Virus record (IMG/VR): IMGVR_UViG_3300028197_000029
Coordinates: 1 to 45,039 of that record
Source of the DNA: a virus
Lineage: Duplodnaviria; Caudoviricetes
Length of the DNA stretch: 45,039 nucleotides
Reading direction: 5' to 3' (one strand)
The notes under the pieces are model-generated. The model saw nothing but the letters and a program-made list of their open reading frames with translations. It was not told where the DNA came from and did not search any database. Below, in pieces: positions 18,014 to 27,100 of the stretch (the first letter of the stretch is position 1; each line of letters opens with the position of its first letter). Made by a program: the position numbers and the translations under genes.

Positions 18014-18439
18014 CTATTCGTCGCCTTCTACTGTTTGGTTAGTCGCCTGTATTACTATGTTTTTGCTAGTAGAGTCCGATGTTCTGAACACATTATTATT
18101 TATCTGAATTGTCTCGTTTAAGTCAGGTATCATCGGAATTAAATCCAAGTCGCTTTCAATTATTTCGGGAGGTGATTCTTCAAAGTGATCATCAGCACGG
18201 AATGTAAAACACCATACTTTATGTTTTCCTTTATAGTCAGTACCAAATCCTAAATCTTTAATTTTAGACGCTGTCATTTCAACAACAGTAGGTGCAGTAT
18301 CATAATAAAAGTTCTGTCTTAGTGTTATTGTTTGTATAAACGACATAAAGTTTGCCTGTTGTTTAATAGCAATAGGGTCGTTACTTGTGCTTTTGTGCTG
18401 ACGAGTCTCAGTAATATCAATAAGTGAATAGGCTTTCAT
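18014..18439 (-). CDS. Hypothetical protein
   Basis: 141-aa ORF. Confidence 0.75.
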   Translation of the reverse strand: MKAYSLIDITETRQHKSTSNDPIAIKQQANFMSFIQTITLRQNFYYDTAPTVVEMTASKIKDLGFGTDYKGKHKVWCFTFRADDHFEESPPEIIESDLDLIPMIPDLNETIQINNNVFRTSDSTSKNIVIQATNQTVEGDE

Positions 18440-18458
18440 GCAAGTACTTATCGGCCAT

Positions 18459-18490
18459 AAAAAAAGGCCCAGTATAAACTGAGCCTTTTT
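18459..18490 (-). terminator. Intrinsic terminator
   Basis: AAAAAGGCTCAGT-TTAT-ACTGGGCCTTTTTTT on the minus strand. Confidence 0.85.
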
Positions 18491-18512
18491 AGTATTACTT
18501 GTAAATTAGCTA

Positions 18513-18902
18513 TTAAGCAAATTTTAAAGTTGTTTTGGCTACTGCCGCTACTGTACCTGAAGCAAAGTTAACGCCATCAACTGTACCTAAGTTGATAATG
18601 TCTTCTACTAGTGCTTGTACAAATGTACCTGTTACAGTACCGTCTGCTGATACGTAACCTGTTGCATTACTGTAATCGCCTTCAAGCATAAAGTCTTGCT
18701 TTGTGCCTGTATCATAAACAGCGCCTGCCATTAAGATATTTGCTCTTACCATAATTGTGTTGTGTACTGCTTCCATTGCGGCTCTTGATGCATCTGCATC
18801 AACGTCCCAATCGACTGCGATCATTGTAACTTCTTTACCAATGTTTCTGATTTCGCCGATGAATTCACCAACTACTGGATTTACTTTTGTTTGTCCTGCC
18901 AT
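18513..18902 (-). CDS. Putative abundant virion structural protein
   Basis: Own TAAATA promoter, AGGAG RBS and terminator; A/G/T/V-rich composition. Confidence 0.55.
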   Translation of the reverse strand: MAGQTKVNPVVGEFIGEIRNIGKEVTMIAVDWDVDADASRAAMEAVHNTIMVRANILMAGAVYDTGTKQDFMLEGDYSNATGYVSADGTVTGTFVQALVEDIINLGTVDGVNFASGTVAAVAKTTLKFA

Positions 18903-18986
18903 TTTATTCTCCTATGTTCTCTTATGACACATCTTCGTTACTCTACGAAGTTGTTATATGTATTTACCTTTTAGGAAGAAAATGCC

Positions 18987-19934
18987 CTACTTAGGAGTCT
19001 TTTTAGCTCGATTTTCTAAAGTCCTAAGCATTTGTACAAAGCCGGGGCCACCTTTTACTATATTATCAAGCATTACAATAGCTGGCATGTATGCTTGTAG
19101 TATGTTTGCTGGTACACTTTTGCCATCTTTAGCTAATTCTAAGAACTTTTTAGTTAGCATAATATTTTTAGAACCTACTAGGTATCTATATCCCATTAGG
19201 TCTTTACCAGTAACATCAATGTCTGGTGTGCTAATAGTTGGTTCTGGGTCAGTAACCCTATATGTTTCAAGGTCTCGTCTAGCTGATAGTTCTTCTAAGT
19301 ATTGTATAATATCACTCGAGCGTAGTTTAGCTCTACAAGCCATTAGCAATCTAGTAACTGCTTTCTTTTTACTTGCTGTACTAATTTGATTGAAGCCATA
19401 TATTTCTCTTCTTATAGCTTTATAATCAGAGTTTGTAATCTTTAATGCACTTTCAATTCTAATTAACACTTCATGGTCATTAGCACTAGGAGCAGTACCA
19501 ATAGCTAATTTAGAAATGTAACGATTGAATGCCATTAATGGCATCGTAGTTCTTTGCTTTAAAACCTTTGCGGCTTTAGGATCTTTTAACTTATCCTGTG
19601 CTTCGTCTGGTCCTGATATAAAATATACAAAGTTATATAAGTCAGTACTTGACATTCTAAAACGTTTGTAGCTATCATGTATACCTGTCTTTTTAGCATA
19701 CCCGGCGGCTATTCCTGCCATGTTTGGAAAGCGTCTAAGTATTTCTAATACAAGTAAAGTAAGATATGTTCGTTCGCAACAGTCTGTATACGTCAGTACT
19801 TTAATATTACTGGCGTTACGAGTCATCCTCGCTTCATGTAGTTCTTCTAAGAACGTAGGCTCTTGTTTCGGAGTGTCTAAACTATGACCTCCTTCCATGG
19901 TTGCCCATTCTGTTGCTGTATATCTATCAGACAT
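18987..19934 (-). CDS. Hypothetical protein (late cluster)
   Basis: 315-aa ORF. Confidence 0.8.
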   Translation of the reverse strand: MSDRYTATEWATMEGGHSLDTPKQEPTFLEELHEARMTRNASNIKVLTYTDCCERTYLTLLVLEILRRFPNMAGIAAGYAKKTGIHDSYKRFRMSSTDLYNFVYFISGPDEAQDKLKDPKAAKVLKQRTTMPLMAFNRYISKLAIGTAPSANDHEVLIRIESALKITNSDYKAIRREIYGFNQISTASKKKAVTRLLMACRAKLRSSDIIQYLEELSARRDLETYRVTDPEPTISTPDIDVTGKDLMGYRYLVGSKNIMLTKKFLELAKDGKSVPANILQAYMPAIVMLDNIVKGGPGFVQMLRTLENRAKKTPK

Positions 19935-19936
19935 TG

Positions 19937-20491
19937 TTAGTCTGCAATGCCTACATCAATACCTTTAGAGGCTAATGCTCTAGCAATTCTCTTAATATTC
20001 TTTTCGTTTCTGTTCAACGCCTTTTGAGTTTTGTATCCAACATATGCACCACCAATTTTACCTACTAAGCTATCACCAGCGGCCGCTCCTGCAACTGCTC
20101 CACCAAGTCCTTCATCGGCATCAACAGCTTGTTTTTCGGGATCTTTAACTGACTTAGCAATGCTAACGTTTGCATCTTTTACTTTTGCAATAATTGCTTT
20201 TGCTTCGTCTGGAGTAACGTTTGCATCTTTTAATGCCTCTCCAGCACTTCTTGCACCAAAACTAGATCCTATTGAAGATAGTTGTTGTCCAAGTGCCGCC
20301 GCTTTATTAAACTGTGCGTCATCTGGCCATTCAACTCCTGAACCAATTGAAAGAGATGCTGTAATCTTTTGACCCATTTGTACAAATGCTTTTGTTTTCG
20401 GATCCATATCATATGTTCCGTCTACTTCTGAGATATCTTCGAGTATAGATGAAAAGTCATCGTAACCATATACCATATCTATTAACTTCAT
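19937..20491 (-). CDS. Hypothetical protein, putative internal head protein
   Basis: 184 aa; glycine-zipper-like C-terminal segment. Confidence 0.7.
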   Translation of the reverse strand: MKLIDMVYGYDDFSSILEDISEVDGTYDMDPKTKAFVQMGQKITASLSIGSGVEWPDDAQFNKAAALGQQLSSIGSSFGARSAGEALKDANVTPDEAKAIIAKVKDANVSIAKSVKDPEKQAVDADEGLGGAVAGAAAGDSLVGKIGGAYVGYKTQKALNRNEKNIKRIARALASKGIDVGIAD

Positions 20492-20503
20492 TGTTTGCTC
20501 CTA

Positions 20504-22675
20504 TTAACGTTGCACCGCTCTATTTGCGGCGCTGAATCCTGCTCTATTTACAAGTTTGATATCGCCCGCAGGGTGAGCTAATACATAACCTTCACCGCCA
20601 TCTTGACCTGCTGTACGAGCTTTAACTACTCCGCCGTGCTTGTCTAGTTGACTAATGATACTGTCTTTGACTTTCATAATACCTGTAATGACTTCGAACA
20701 AAGATGTCCAAGCATTCATATTTTGTTTTATGTAGTCGATAATCTTTTGTTGCTTAACTCTACTAACATTGCTAGTACTTAACCATTTAACAAAGTCTTT
20801 GCCTAAATTGTCTAGTCCTGTATCTACTTTACTATTCATATACTTGTAGATAATTTTAGGAAAGTCTACCATCTTCATTTGTGCTAGTGTTTCTTGGTTC
20901 AATAGTTTATCGATGTCTGCTGAGTCTTTCTTAATAATTGCAGACAATCTTTCTATTTCTGAATTTTCTACTACTGGTGGTGTTTCAACACTAACTGGAG
21001 GAACAACTAACAGATTGTTTCCTTGGAATATACCTAAGTCTTTTAGCGGACTTTCACTACCATCTGGAGCTACCATTCTATGTACAACTACACCAGCAGT
21101 TGACTTAGCAATCTTTTTACCTAAATCACTTGCAACATCTACTGCATATTCAACAATGTTCGGTTCGAATACAAAGTTCTTTTCTACAACTGGTGGAGTG
21201 TTATAATATAACAAGTCACCTTTGAAGTAACCTCTATAGTCGTTTGGTACTGCTTTTTCAAACACACCAAATGCTTGTCCCATACTGTCTGCAAATGCTA
21301 TACGCTTTGGATCATCTTTATTGACTCCTCCTGAGCGTCCAAGTAGTTCTTGCTTGAGTGCTTCTGGACTAGTTGTTCTACCAACTCCGCCCTTCTTAAC
21401 AAATCCTGACTTGTCTGTAAATACAAACTCGCCATCTTCATTACGTCCAAAAATAACTGCTGGAGATCCATCCCATTTAAGTGTAACGTCTTTAGTTCCG
21501 CCGGCATTTGCCATGTCACGTAACGAAGCTAGAGCTCTCATTGCTCCTCTTGATCCTTGTAAGTAGACTAAATCTTCTGCATGATCAATTCTTGCCGCTT
21601 CTCTAATAACTGATTCTTTAGTTTGGGCTTGTTTATACCCTCTTCCTAAATACATTTTAACTTCGTGTGGGTCAACTTTTAGTACAGTAGAACCTTTAAC
21701 CATTGTAACTTTCTTTGGTGCACCTTTGTCAGCTGGTGTTGGGTCTCCTACTATCTTACGACCCGCCGCTTGTGCTTTTCCAGTTATTTGACCTATTGTA
21801 GTTTTAGGACCGCCTGCTTTTTTATATGCCGCCGCCGCACCTTTTATTGATCCTTGTTTGCCTGCCGCCATTCCACCTTTAAAAGCTCTAAATCTATCTC
21901 GCACTCCTGACGCAGACTTTTGAAACATATTCTTTTCAGCTTCAGCAACCATCATACCTAATCTAATACCGCGTGACTCAGGCATTGGTAAGTTCTGTGC
22001 TTGAAAGTTTGATTTTGCATCAGCAACTAGTGCTTCGTAATCATCACGACTTCTAATAGCTTTGTTTAATGTTTCAACACTAGCCATGTCTTGAACACTT
22101 GCTTGTGGACCTACAAGTTTTTTTGCAATTTCCATAGGAACATTAGTAATAACTTGTTTAGTTTCTCTATCAACTAATCCTTTTGTTGGCGACCATTGAA
22201 AGCCTTGTGCCTTAGCCATACTTGCAATCATAATTGCTCTATGAGCACCTTTATAAGGAGTATTATCTCCTGTGCCTGCGTATGCAAACTTCATAAAGTC
22301 TGGATTACCAAACATCAAATCTGTTTGTACAAAGCCGTTCTTAGGATCTCCGTTAATAGGAGTTTTTAAATGTACATTGACACCCGACTTAGCAACCCAT
22401 TGTCTTGGCTTATCAGTTGGATGGTTTGCTTGTTGCCATGCTACTAGTTTATTAAACAGTTCTTGCTTGTCAACTTCCTCAGCATTAACTGCAACATCTA
22501 TATCACCACTTGTACTTCTAATACCTGTGCTACCTAGTTTAAAATCTTTGTGTGGAATGCCAGTAATCTTTTCTACCCATGCTAGTGTGCTATCAACATC
22601 ATCTCTGTTGATACGTTTTGTAACAGGAGTACCAGACTCGTCTTTAAATATATTTCCACCTTCTTTTAATATCAT
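20504..22675 (-). CDS. Fusion of a Pol-beta-type nucleotidyltransferase-like domain and a ligase-like (KWDG, DUF6267-like) domain
   Basis: LGSTGIRSTSGDIDVAV...QTDLM in the N-terminal part; TLKWDGSPA, FKGDL, GEGYV and KLV in the C-terminal part. Confidence 0.65.
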   Translation of the reverse strand: MILKEGGNIFKDESGTPVTKRINRDDVDSTLAWVEKITGIPHKDFKLGSTGIRSTSGDIDVAVNAEEVDKQELFNKLVAWQQANHPTDKPRQWVAKSGVNVHLKTPINGDPKNGFVQTDLMFGNPDFMKFAYAGTGDNTPYKGAHRAIMIASMAKAQGFQWSPTKGLVDRETKQVITNVPMEIAKKLVGPQASVQDMASVETLNKAIRSRDDYEALVADAKSNFQAQNLPMPESRGIRLGMMVAEAEKNMFQKSASGVRDRFRAFKGGMAAGKQGSIKGAAAAYKKAGGPKTTIGQITGKAQAAGRKIVGDPTPADKGAPKKVTMVKGSTVLKVDPHEVKMYLGRGYKQAQTKESVIREAARIDHAEDLVYLQGSRGAMRALASLRDMANAGGTKDVTLKWDGSPAVIFGRNEDGEFVFTDKSGFVKKGGVGRTTSPEALKQELLGRSGGVNKDDPKRIAFADSMGQAFGVFEKAVPNDYRGYFKGDLLYYNTPPVVEKNFVFEPNIVEYAVDVASDLGKKIAKSTAGVVVHRMVAPDGSESPLKDLGIFQGNNLLVVPPVSVETPPVVENSEIERLSAIIKKDSADIDKLLNQETLAQMKMVDFPKIIYKYMNSKVDTGLDNLGKDFVKWLSTSNVSRVKQQKIIDYIKQNMNAWTSLFEVITGIMKVKDSIISQLDKHGGVVKARTAGQDGGEGYVLAHPAGDIKLVNRAGFSAANRAVQR

Positions 22676-22923
22676 TTCTTTGCCTCAGTAACTTTAGTTA
22701 GCCCACGTTTAAATTTACGTGTATCTCCGCTTCTAATACTATTTAAAAATCTACGTTCTAGTTCAATTGCTTCATCTGGAGTATAAGCATCATTGATCTG
22801 AGACAAGAGGTTAATACAACTTTCAATAAGATTAGTACCGGAAGTTTCGATAATATTCTTCTTATCACGATGTAAACTTAGGTTATTAAGCTCTTGTAGT
22901 ATTGAACGAGTAGTTTTTTTCAT
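22672..22923 (-). CDS. Hypothetical protein
   Basis: 83 aa, first gene of the late operon, ATGA overlap. Confidence 0.75.
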   Translation of the reverse strand: MKKTTRSILQELNNLSLHRDKKNIIETSGTNLIESCINLLSQINDAYTPDEAIELERRFLNSIRSGDTRKFKRGLTKVTEAKK

Positions 22924-22986
22924 AGTATTGTTCCTTACTGTGTATTTAGCTGTGTACAGATAAATATCTATATATAAACGAAAGAG

Positions 22987-23739
22987 GTGCTTATGTCGAT
23001 ATCTAACATGAGTTTTAAAGATAGGTCTTTATTATTTGCGAAACTAGCCAGTATTGCTTATAGTAACAAGAAAACAGCAACAAGTCAAGCGAAACGGTTA
23101 AGTTTTACAACTACTGAGTTCTATGACAAAGACGGTGCTCAAGCATATCGCTTTATGAACAAAAACGATATTGTTATTGCATGCCGAGGAACACAGCCAA
23201 CAGAATGGAATGACATTAGTGCAGATTTAAATGCTATACCTGTTATGGCAGAAACTGTAAGTAGAGTCCATAAAGGTTTTAAAGACGAAGTAGACGATCT
23301 ATGGCCAATGGTATTAGAAGATATCAATCGAAAGACGAACACTAAAAAGAAACTTTGGTTCTGTGGACACTCATTAGGAGCGGCTATGGCAACTATTATG
23401 GCCAGTCGTTGTCATTTGTATTCTGATATACAGCCTGTAGAAGAACTGTACACATATGGTTCACCAAGAGTTGGATGGAACGGTTACTGTAATAGTTTAG
23501 GTATTGTACATCATCGTTGGAAAAATAATAACGATATTGTTACTAAAGTTCCTCTTGCTATTATGGGTTATAGACATCATGGTACTGAACATTATATTAC
23601 AAGTGATTGTAAAATAGGTAAGCCAGGTATACGTGATTGGTGGAAAGGCATGTGGGCAGGTATTAAAGCTCGTAAGTTTGACTCAATCGGGGATCATGAC
23701 ATTATGGCTTATTACAATAATATAGATAAAGCTCTATAA
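22987..23739 (+). CDS. Class 3 lipase (alpha/beta hydrolase)
   Basis: IACRGT, VHKGF, GHSLGA, YTYGSPRVG, NNNDIVTKVP and DH motifs; ATG at 22993 is the likely start. Confidence 0.92.
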   Translation: MLMSISNMSFKDRSLLFAKLASIAYSNKKTATSQAKRLSFTTTEFYDKDGAQAYRFMNKNDIVIACRGTQPTEWNDISADLNAIPVMAETVSRVHKGFKDEVDDLWPMVLEDINRKTNTKKKLWFCGHSLGAAMATIMASRCHLYSDIQPVEELYTYGSPRVGWNGYCNSLGIVHHRWKNNNDIVTKVPLAIMGYRHHGTEHYITSDCKIGKPGIRDWWKGMWAGIKARKFDSIGDHDIMAYYNNIDKAL

Positions 23740-24057
23740 AAACTTATACAACCCAAACATAAGAACACTTGAGATAGTAGTTCCTAATAACATTGCTATC
23801 CAAAAACCGTATGCCGGTAATGCATAAACAAATATTGGAAAAAATAATAAACTTACTAATACAAAGTATATTGTTTGTGTACTTAAAGTTTTAAAAGTCT
23901 GTATGTCAACTCCTGCATAGTACAAAAAGACAAACGATACAATACTTGCTAGAGGTATTCCTAATACAAACGCACCTATAGTAGGATATTTTTCACTTAC
24001 AGTACTTACAGTAGCAATTATTATTCCACCAATGATTGCTTTAATTAAAAGTTCCAT
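23734..24057 (-). CDS. DUF3147-like membrane protein
   Basis: Four hydrophobic segments; KAIIGGIIIATVSTVSEKYPTIGAFVLGIPL pattern. Confidence 0.7.
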   Translation of the reverse strand: MELLIKAIIGGIIIATVSTVSEKYPTIGAFVLGIPLASIVSFVFLYYAGVDIQTFKTLSTQTIYFVLVSLLFFPIFVYALPAYGFWIAMLLGTTISSVLMFGLYKFL

Positions 24058-24233
24058 TACGCCTTTTTTGCTTTTTTTGCATTTTCAATAGCTTTCAATT
24101 TGTCTTTTTCTATTGATTGTTTCATTAGAAAACCAGCAGTAACACCAGCACAGTAAACTATTATTATGCATATACTAATAATAGTTAGTGTGACCCCAGG
24201 TGGTCCTGCTAATCCTACATCGAACCAAGTCAT
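24057..24233 (-). CDS. Small membrane protein (58 aa, not in ORF track)
   Basis: MTWFDVGLAGPPGVTLTIISICIIIVYCAGVTAGFLMKQ...; ATGA and TAATG overlaps with both neighbours. Confidence 0.65.
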   Translation of the reverse strand: MTWFDVGLAGPPGVTLTIISICIIIVYCAGVTAGFLMKQSIEKDKLKAIENAKKAKKA

Positions 24234-25024
24234 CTATTACTTGCTTCTACTATCATTTTAATATTTTTATTAATCGCATCTTCAAACTCTTGATCTGTTT
24301 GATGCACATATAAACCTTCGCTTAATGCTCTACTAAAACTTGCTGTCATATTATTATTTTGACTTAGTCTATTACATGCTTCATCAGTAGAGTATCCTCC
24401 ACTTAGACCTACAACTTTATGTACATTATCTAATTGTGATATTTCGTTATACAAGTTAGGGTTATCAGGTAATGTAAGTTTAAGAATACATTTACCATCG
24501 TATACTGCTAAGTGTTCACTTAATGCATTTTTTAATTCTGCTTCTAGTCCTCCTTTGTCTCCAAAGTCAATCGGAACTTCAGGCTCTACTATTGGCATTA
24601 GGCCTGCATCACTAATAGATTTAGCTAGTGCAAACTGTTGTGTTAGTATTGGATTTAGTATGTCATGTGTTTTAACAATACTTCTCATCTTAGTTCCTGT
24701 ACATCCGTTAGCAATAGCATACTTGATCATTTCATCACAACCAAAGTATTTTAAATATCCTGTGTCTTCGCACCCACTATCAATTTTAAGATATGATTCT
24801 ATTCCCTTTTCTTTTAGGATAGGAACCATTCCACGTTCAACAGTATCTTGATAAAGTATGGCGGCCCAGATATTATTACTGTTGAAGTTTGGAGAGTTTA
24901 CCATTCGTAACCTCATCTCATGAACCTTGATCATTTTATCTTCTTCAGTATACTCTTGTCCGTAACGTTCTAGTACGCCGCCTGTTGATCCTCCGCTGTG
25001 ATCCATTGCCGCAATAAATGTCAT
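24230..25024 (-). CDS. fda: Fructose-bisphosphate aldolase class I
   Basis: FIAAMDHSGGST, GTKMRS, PIVEPEV, LKLTLP, LSGGYS and ASFSRAL. Confidence 0.92.
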   Translation of the reverse strand: MTFIAAMDHSGGSTGGVLERYGQEYTEEDKMIKVHEMRLRMVNSPNFNSNNIWAAILYQDTVERGMVPILKEKGIESYLKIDSGCEDTGYLKYFGCDEMIKYAIANGCTGTKMRSIVKTHDILNPILTQQFALAKSISDAGLMPIVEPEVPIDFGDKGGLEAELKNALSEHLAVYDGKCILKLTLPDNPNLYNEISQLDNVHKVVGLSGGYSTDEACNRLSQNNNMTASFSRALSEGLYVHQTDQEFEDAINKNIKMIVEASNR

Positions 25025-25034
25025 CTTAGTTCTC

Positions 25035-25976
25035 CTATATGAATAAACTGCTTACGGATTCTTCATTGCTTACTCTTCGGATAGCTTCTCCAAACAATGC
25101 TCCTACAGTTACTTTTCTAATCTTCTTACGACCGTTGTTTACAGACTTATTGTAAATACTATCTGTAATAATAAGCTCTTCAAGAACACTTGCATCAACC
25201 TTTTCACATGCTTTACCTGATAGTACACCATGTGTAATATATGCACGAACACTTAATGCTCCTTGATCCATAATAGCCTGTGCGGCATTACATAGTGTGC
25301 CTCCACTATCTACAATGTCATCTACTAAGATTGCATGTTTACCTTTGACTCTACCAATTATGTTCATTACTTCTGACTTGCCTGCTTCTGGTCGACGCTT
25401 GTCTACTATAGCAATGTCTCCATTAAACATATCAGCAAACTTTCTAGCACGAACAACTCCACCTGCATCAGGTGATACAAATACTGTACCTACTGTTGTG
25501 TCTACATGCTCTGCAATATCTTTTGCAAACACTACACGGCTTGTCAAATCATCCACAGGGATGTCAAAGAAACCTTGTATCTGTCCTGCATGTAAATCCA
25601 TTGTAAGTATTCTATCTGCACCTGCTACTGTGATTAAATTAGCAACTAGTTTAGCCGTAATAGGAGTACGTGATGCACTCTTACGATCCTGTCTAGCATA
25701 ACCATAATATGGAATAACAGCCGTAATACGATTTGCACTTGACCTACGTGCCGCATCAATCATAACCATTAGTTCCATTAAACTGTCATTGACTGGTGTA
25801 CTTGTGGGTTGAACAATAAAAACATCTTCTCCTCTAATGTTTTCATTGAACTCAACATTTGACTCGCCGTCGGCAAACGTATCAATTGTTGCTGGTACTA
25901 AGGTAGCAAAACAATGTTCAGCGATCCTAGATGCTAGTTCTGGGTTAGCATTCCCTGTGATAATCTTCATCTTCAA
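25035..25976 (-). CDS. prs: Ribose-phosphate pyrophosphokinase
   Basis: FADGE, PYYGYARQDRK, DLHAGQIQGFF, VSPDAGG and VDDIVDSGGTL. Confidence 0.97.
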   Translation of the reverse strand: MKMKIITGNANPELASRIAEHCFATLVPATIDTFADGESNVEFNENIRGEDVFIVQPTSTPVNDSLMELMVMIDAARRSSANRITAVIPYYGYARQDRKSASRTPITAKLVANLITVAGADRILTMDLHAGQIQGFFDIPVDDLTSRVVFAKDIAEHVDTTVGTVFVSPDAGGVVRARKFADMFNGDIAIVDKRRPEAGKSEVMNIIGRVKGKHAILVDDIVDSGGTLCNAAQAIMDQGALSVRAYITHGVLSGKACEKVDASVLEELIITDSIYNKSVNNGRKKIRKVTVGALFGEAIRRVSNEESVSSLFI

Positions 25977-26173
25977 GTTGTAAGCCTTCCTCTAATAGTT
26001 AATACTTATATAATACAATAATTTGATAGTTAAGTCAAGAAAAAAGATAGTATTGTTGCACACTATCTTTCCAAAGTGTAAGGATCTTTCACCCATGCGT
26101 TTTAAGCATGACAGCCTTTACCAGAATACCAGTTGATTTTAGGCCTTTTAGAGCATATTATTAAAGCATAAGA

Positions 26174-26181
26174 TATAAATA
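26174..26181 (+). promoter_or_regulatory. T4-type late promoter TATAAATA
   Basis: Exact T4 late consensus directly upstream of the structured leader; the same motif occurs at 2602-2609(-), 2979-2986(-) and about 31771(+). Confidence 0.65.
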
Positions 26182-26185
26182 CCTA

Positions 26186-26361
26186 TGTTACAGAACGTTT
26201 AGATGCAAATTTTAGAGGAACTGTAACAAACGAAGCGACCTCAGCTTAGAAAAAATGAGTGACGATGGGAAAGACCGTGGCATGCTCATGCCTTACAAGT
26301 AGTTGACGCCGCAAAGTCGGTGACGCCAGGAAAAGACCTGGGGTATTGCTTCCCTCAAGCA
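26186..26361 (+). ncRNA. Candidate multi-hairpin ncRNA or structured 5' leader
   Basis: About seven consecutive hairpins visible by eye; GC content higher than the flanks. Confidence 0.55.
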
Positions 26362-26389
26362 TAACAAAACATTATCATAGGAGAAAACA

Positions 26390-26581
26390 ATGTTGAAATA
26401 CATAAAGTTAATCCTTGGAAAAGTTGCAACGGTCTTTGAAACAGAACAAGACCGGAACAGTTATCTAAGGACATGGGCTAGAATAGAGTACGGTAAAGAC
26501 TGGAAACACGCTTACGAATATATGAAAGAAAATAACGGGCAACCGCCTCGTTATAACGATAACTTAAAAGGATGGGTTTAA
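26390..26581 (+). CDS. Hypothetical protein
   Basis: 63 aa, AGGAG RBS. Confidence 0.7.
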   Translation: MLKYIKLILGKVATVFETEQDRNSYLRTWARIEYGKDWKHAYEYMKENNGQPPRYNDNLKGWV

Positions 26582-26790
26582 TGACTACAGCTACACACAC
26601 AATTTATAATTACACTTGCAATTTTTGTGAGAAGATTGCAAAGTTCTTCACTAATATACAGTGGAGTAAAACATTTGAAACTATTGGCGCTTCCAGAGCG
26701 GCCGCAGAACTAACAAGACAAGGATACCATAAAGAAGCAAAGGCACTTATGTTATCAATCGAATCAATTAGAAAAGAAGGGGACAAATAA
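26572..26790 (+). CDS. Hypothetical protein with N-terminal CxxC (likely start 26581)
   Basis: YTCNFCE...GASRAAAELTRQGY. Confidence 0.7.
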   Translation: MGLMTTATHTIYNYTCNFCEKIAKFFTNIQWSKTFETIGASRAAAELTRQGYHKEAKALMLSIESIRKEGDK

Positions 26791-27014
26791 TGCAGAATGT
26801 AATAACACAAACTTACTGTGCAATCTGTGATACAGTTGAATCCTTTTTTAGAAGTTTACCTAACTTAATTGCTAGAAGGCCAAAGAAATTTAGTCGATCT
26901 ACATACAATGCATTAAATGCACTTAGTGATCACGACTTGAAGGATATCGGTATCTGTCGAGGTGACATATACCATATTGCCAACGGTGGTGATGTATACA
27001 GAGGTAAACAATAA
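26790..27014 (+). CDS. DUF1127 (YjiS-like) small protein
   Basis: LNALSDHDLKDIGICRGDI signature. Confidence 0.88.
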   Translation: MQNVITQTYCAICDTVESFFRSLPNLIARRPKKFSRSTYNALNALSDHDLKDIGICRGDIYHIANGGDVYRGKQ

Positions 27015-27100
27015 TAATGTTAATTTATAGCATTGTAAGAAACTACAGAAACTATATCGGTGGTCTGTATTATATGCATCTAAAAATGAAAGGTCTATAG

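Noticed and set aside
26215-26345. Cobalamin riboswitch (AACTGTAA and GCCAGG..AGACCTG resemble B12-element pieces)
   Set aside because: The AGGGAA and GCCCCCGC core elements are missing, and the matching pieces are explained by local hairpins.
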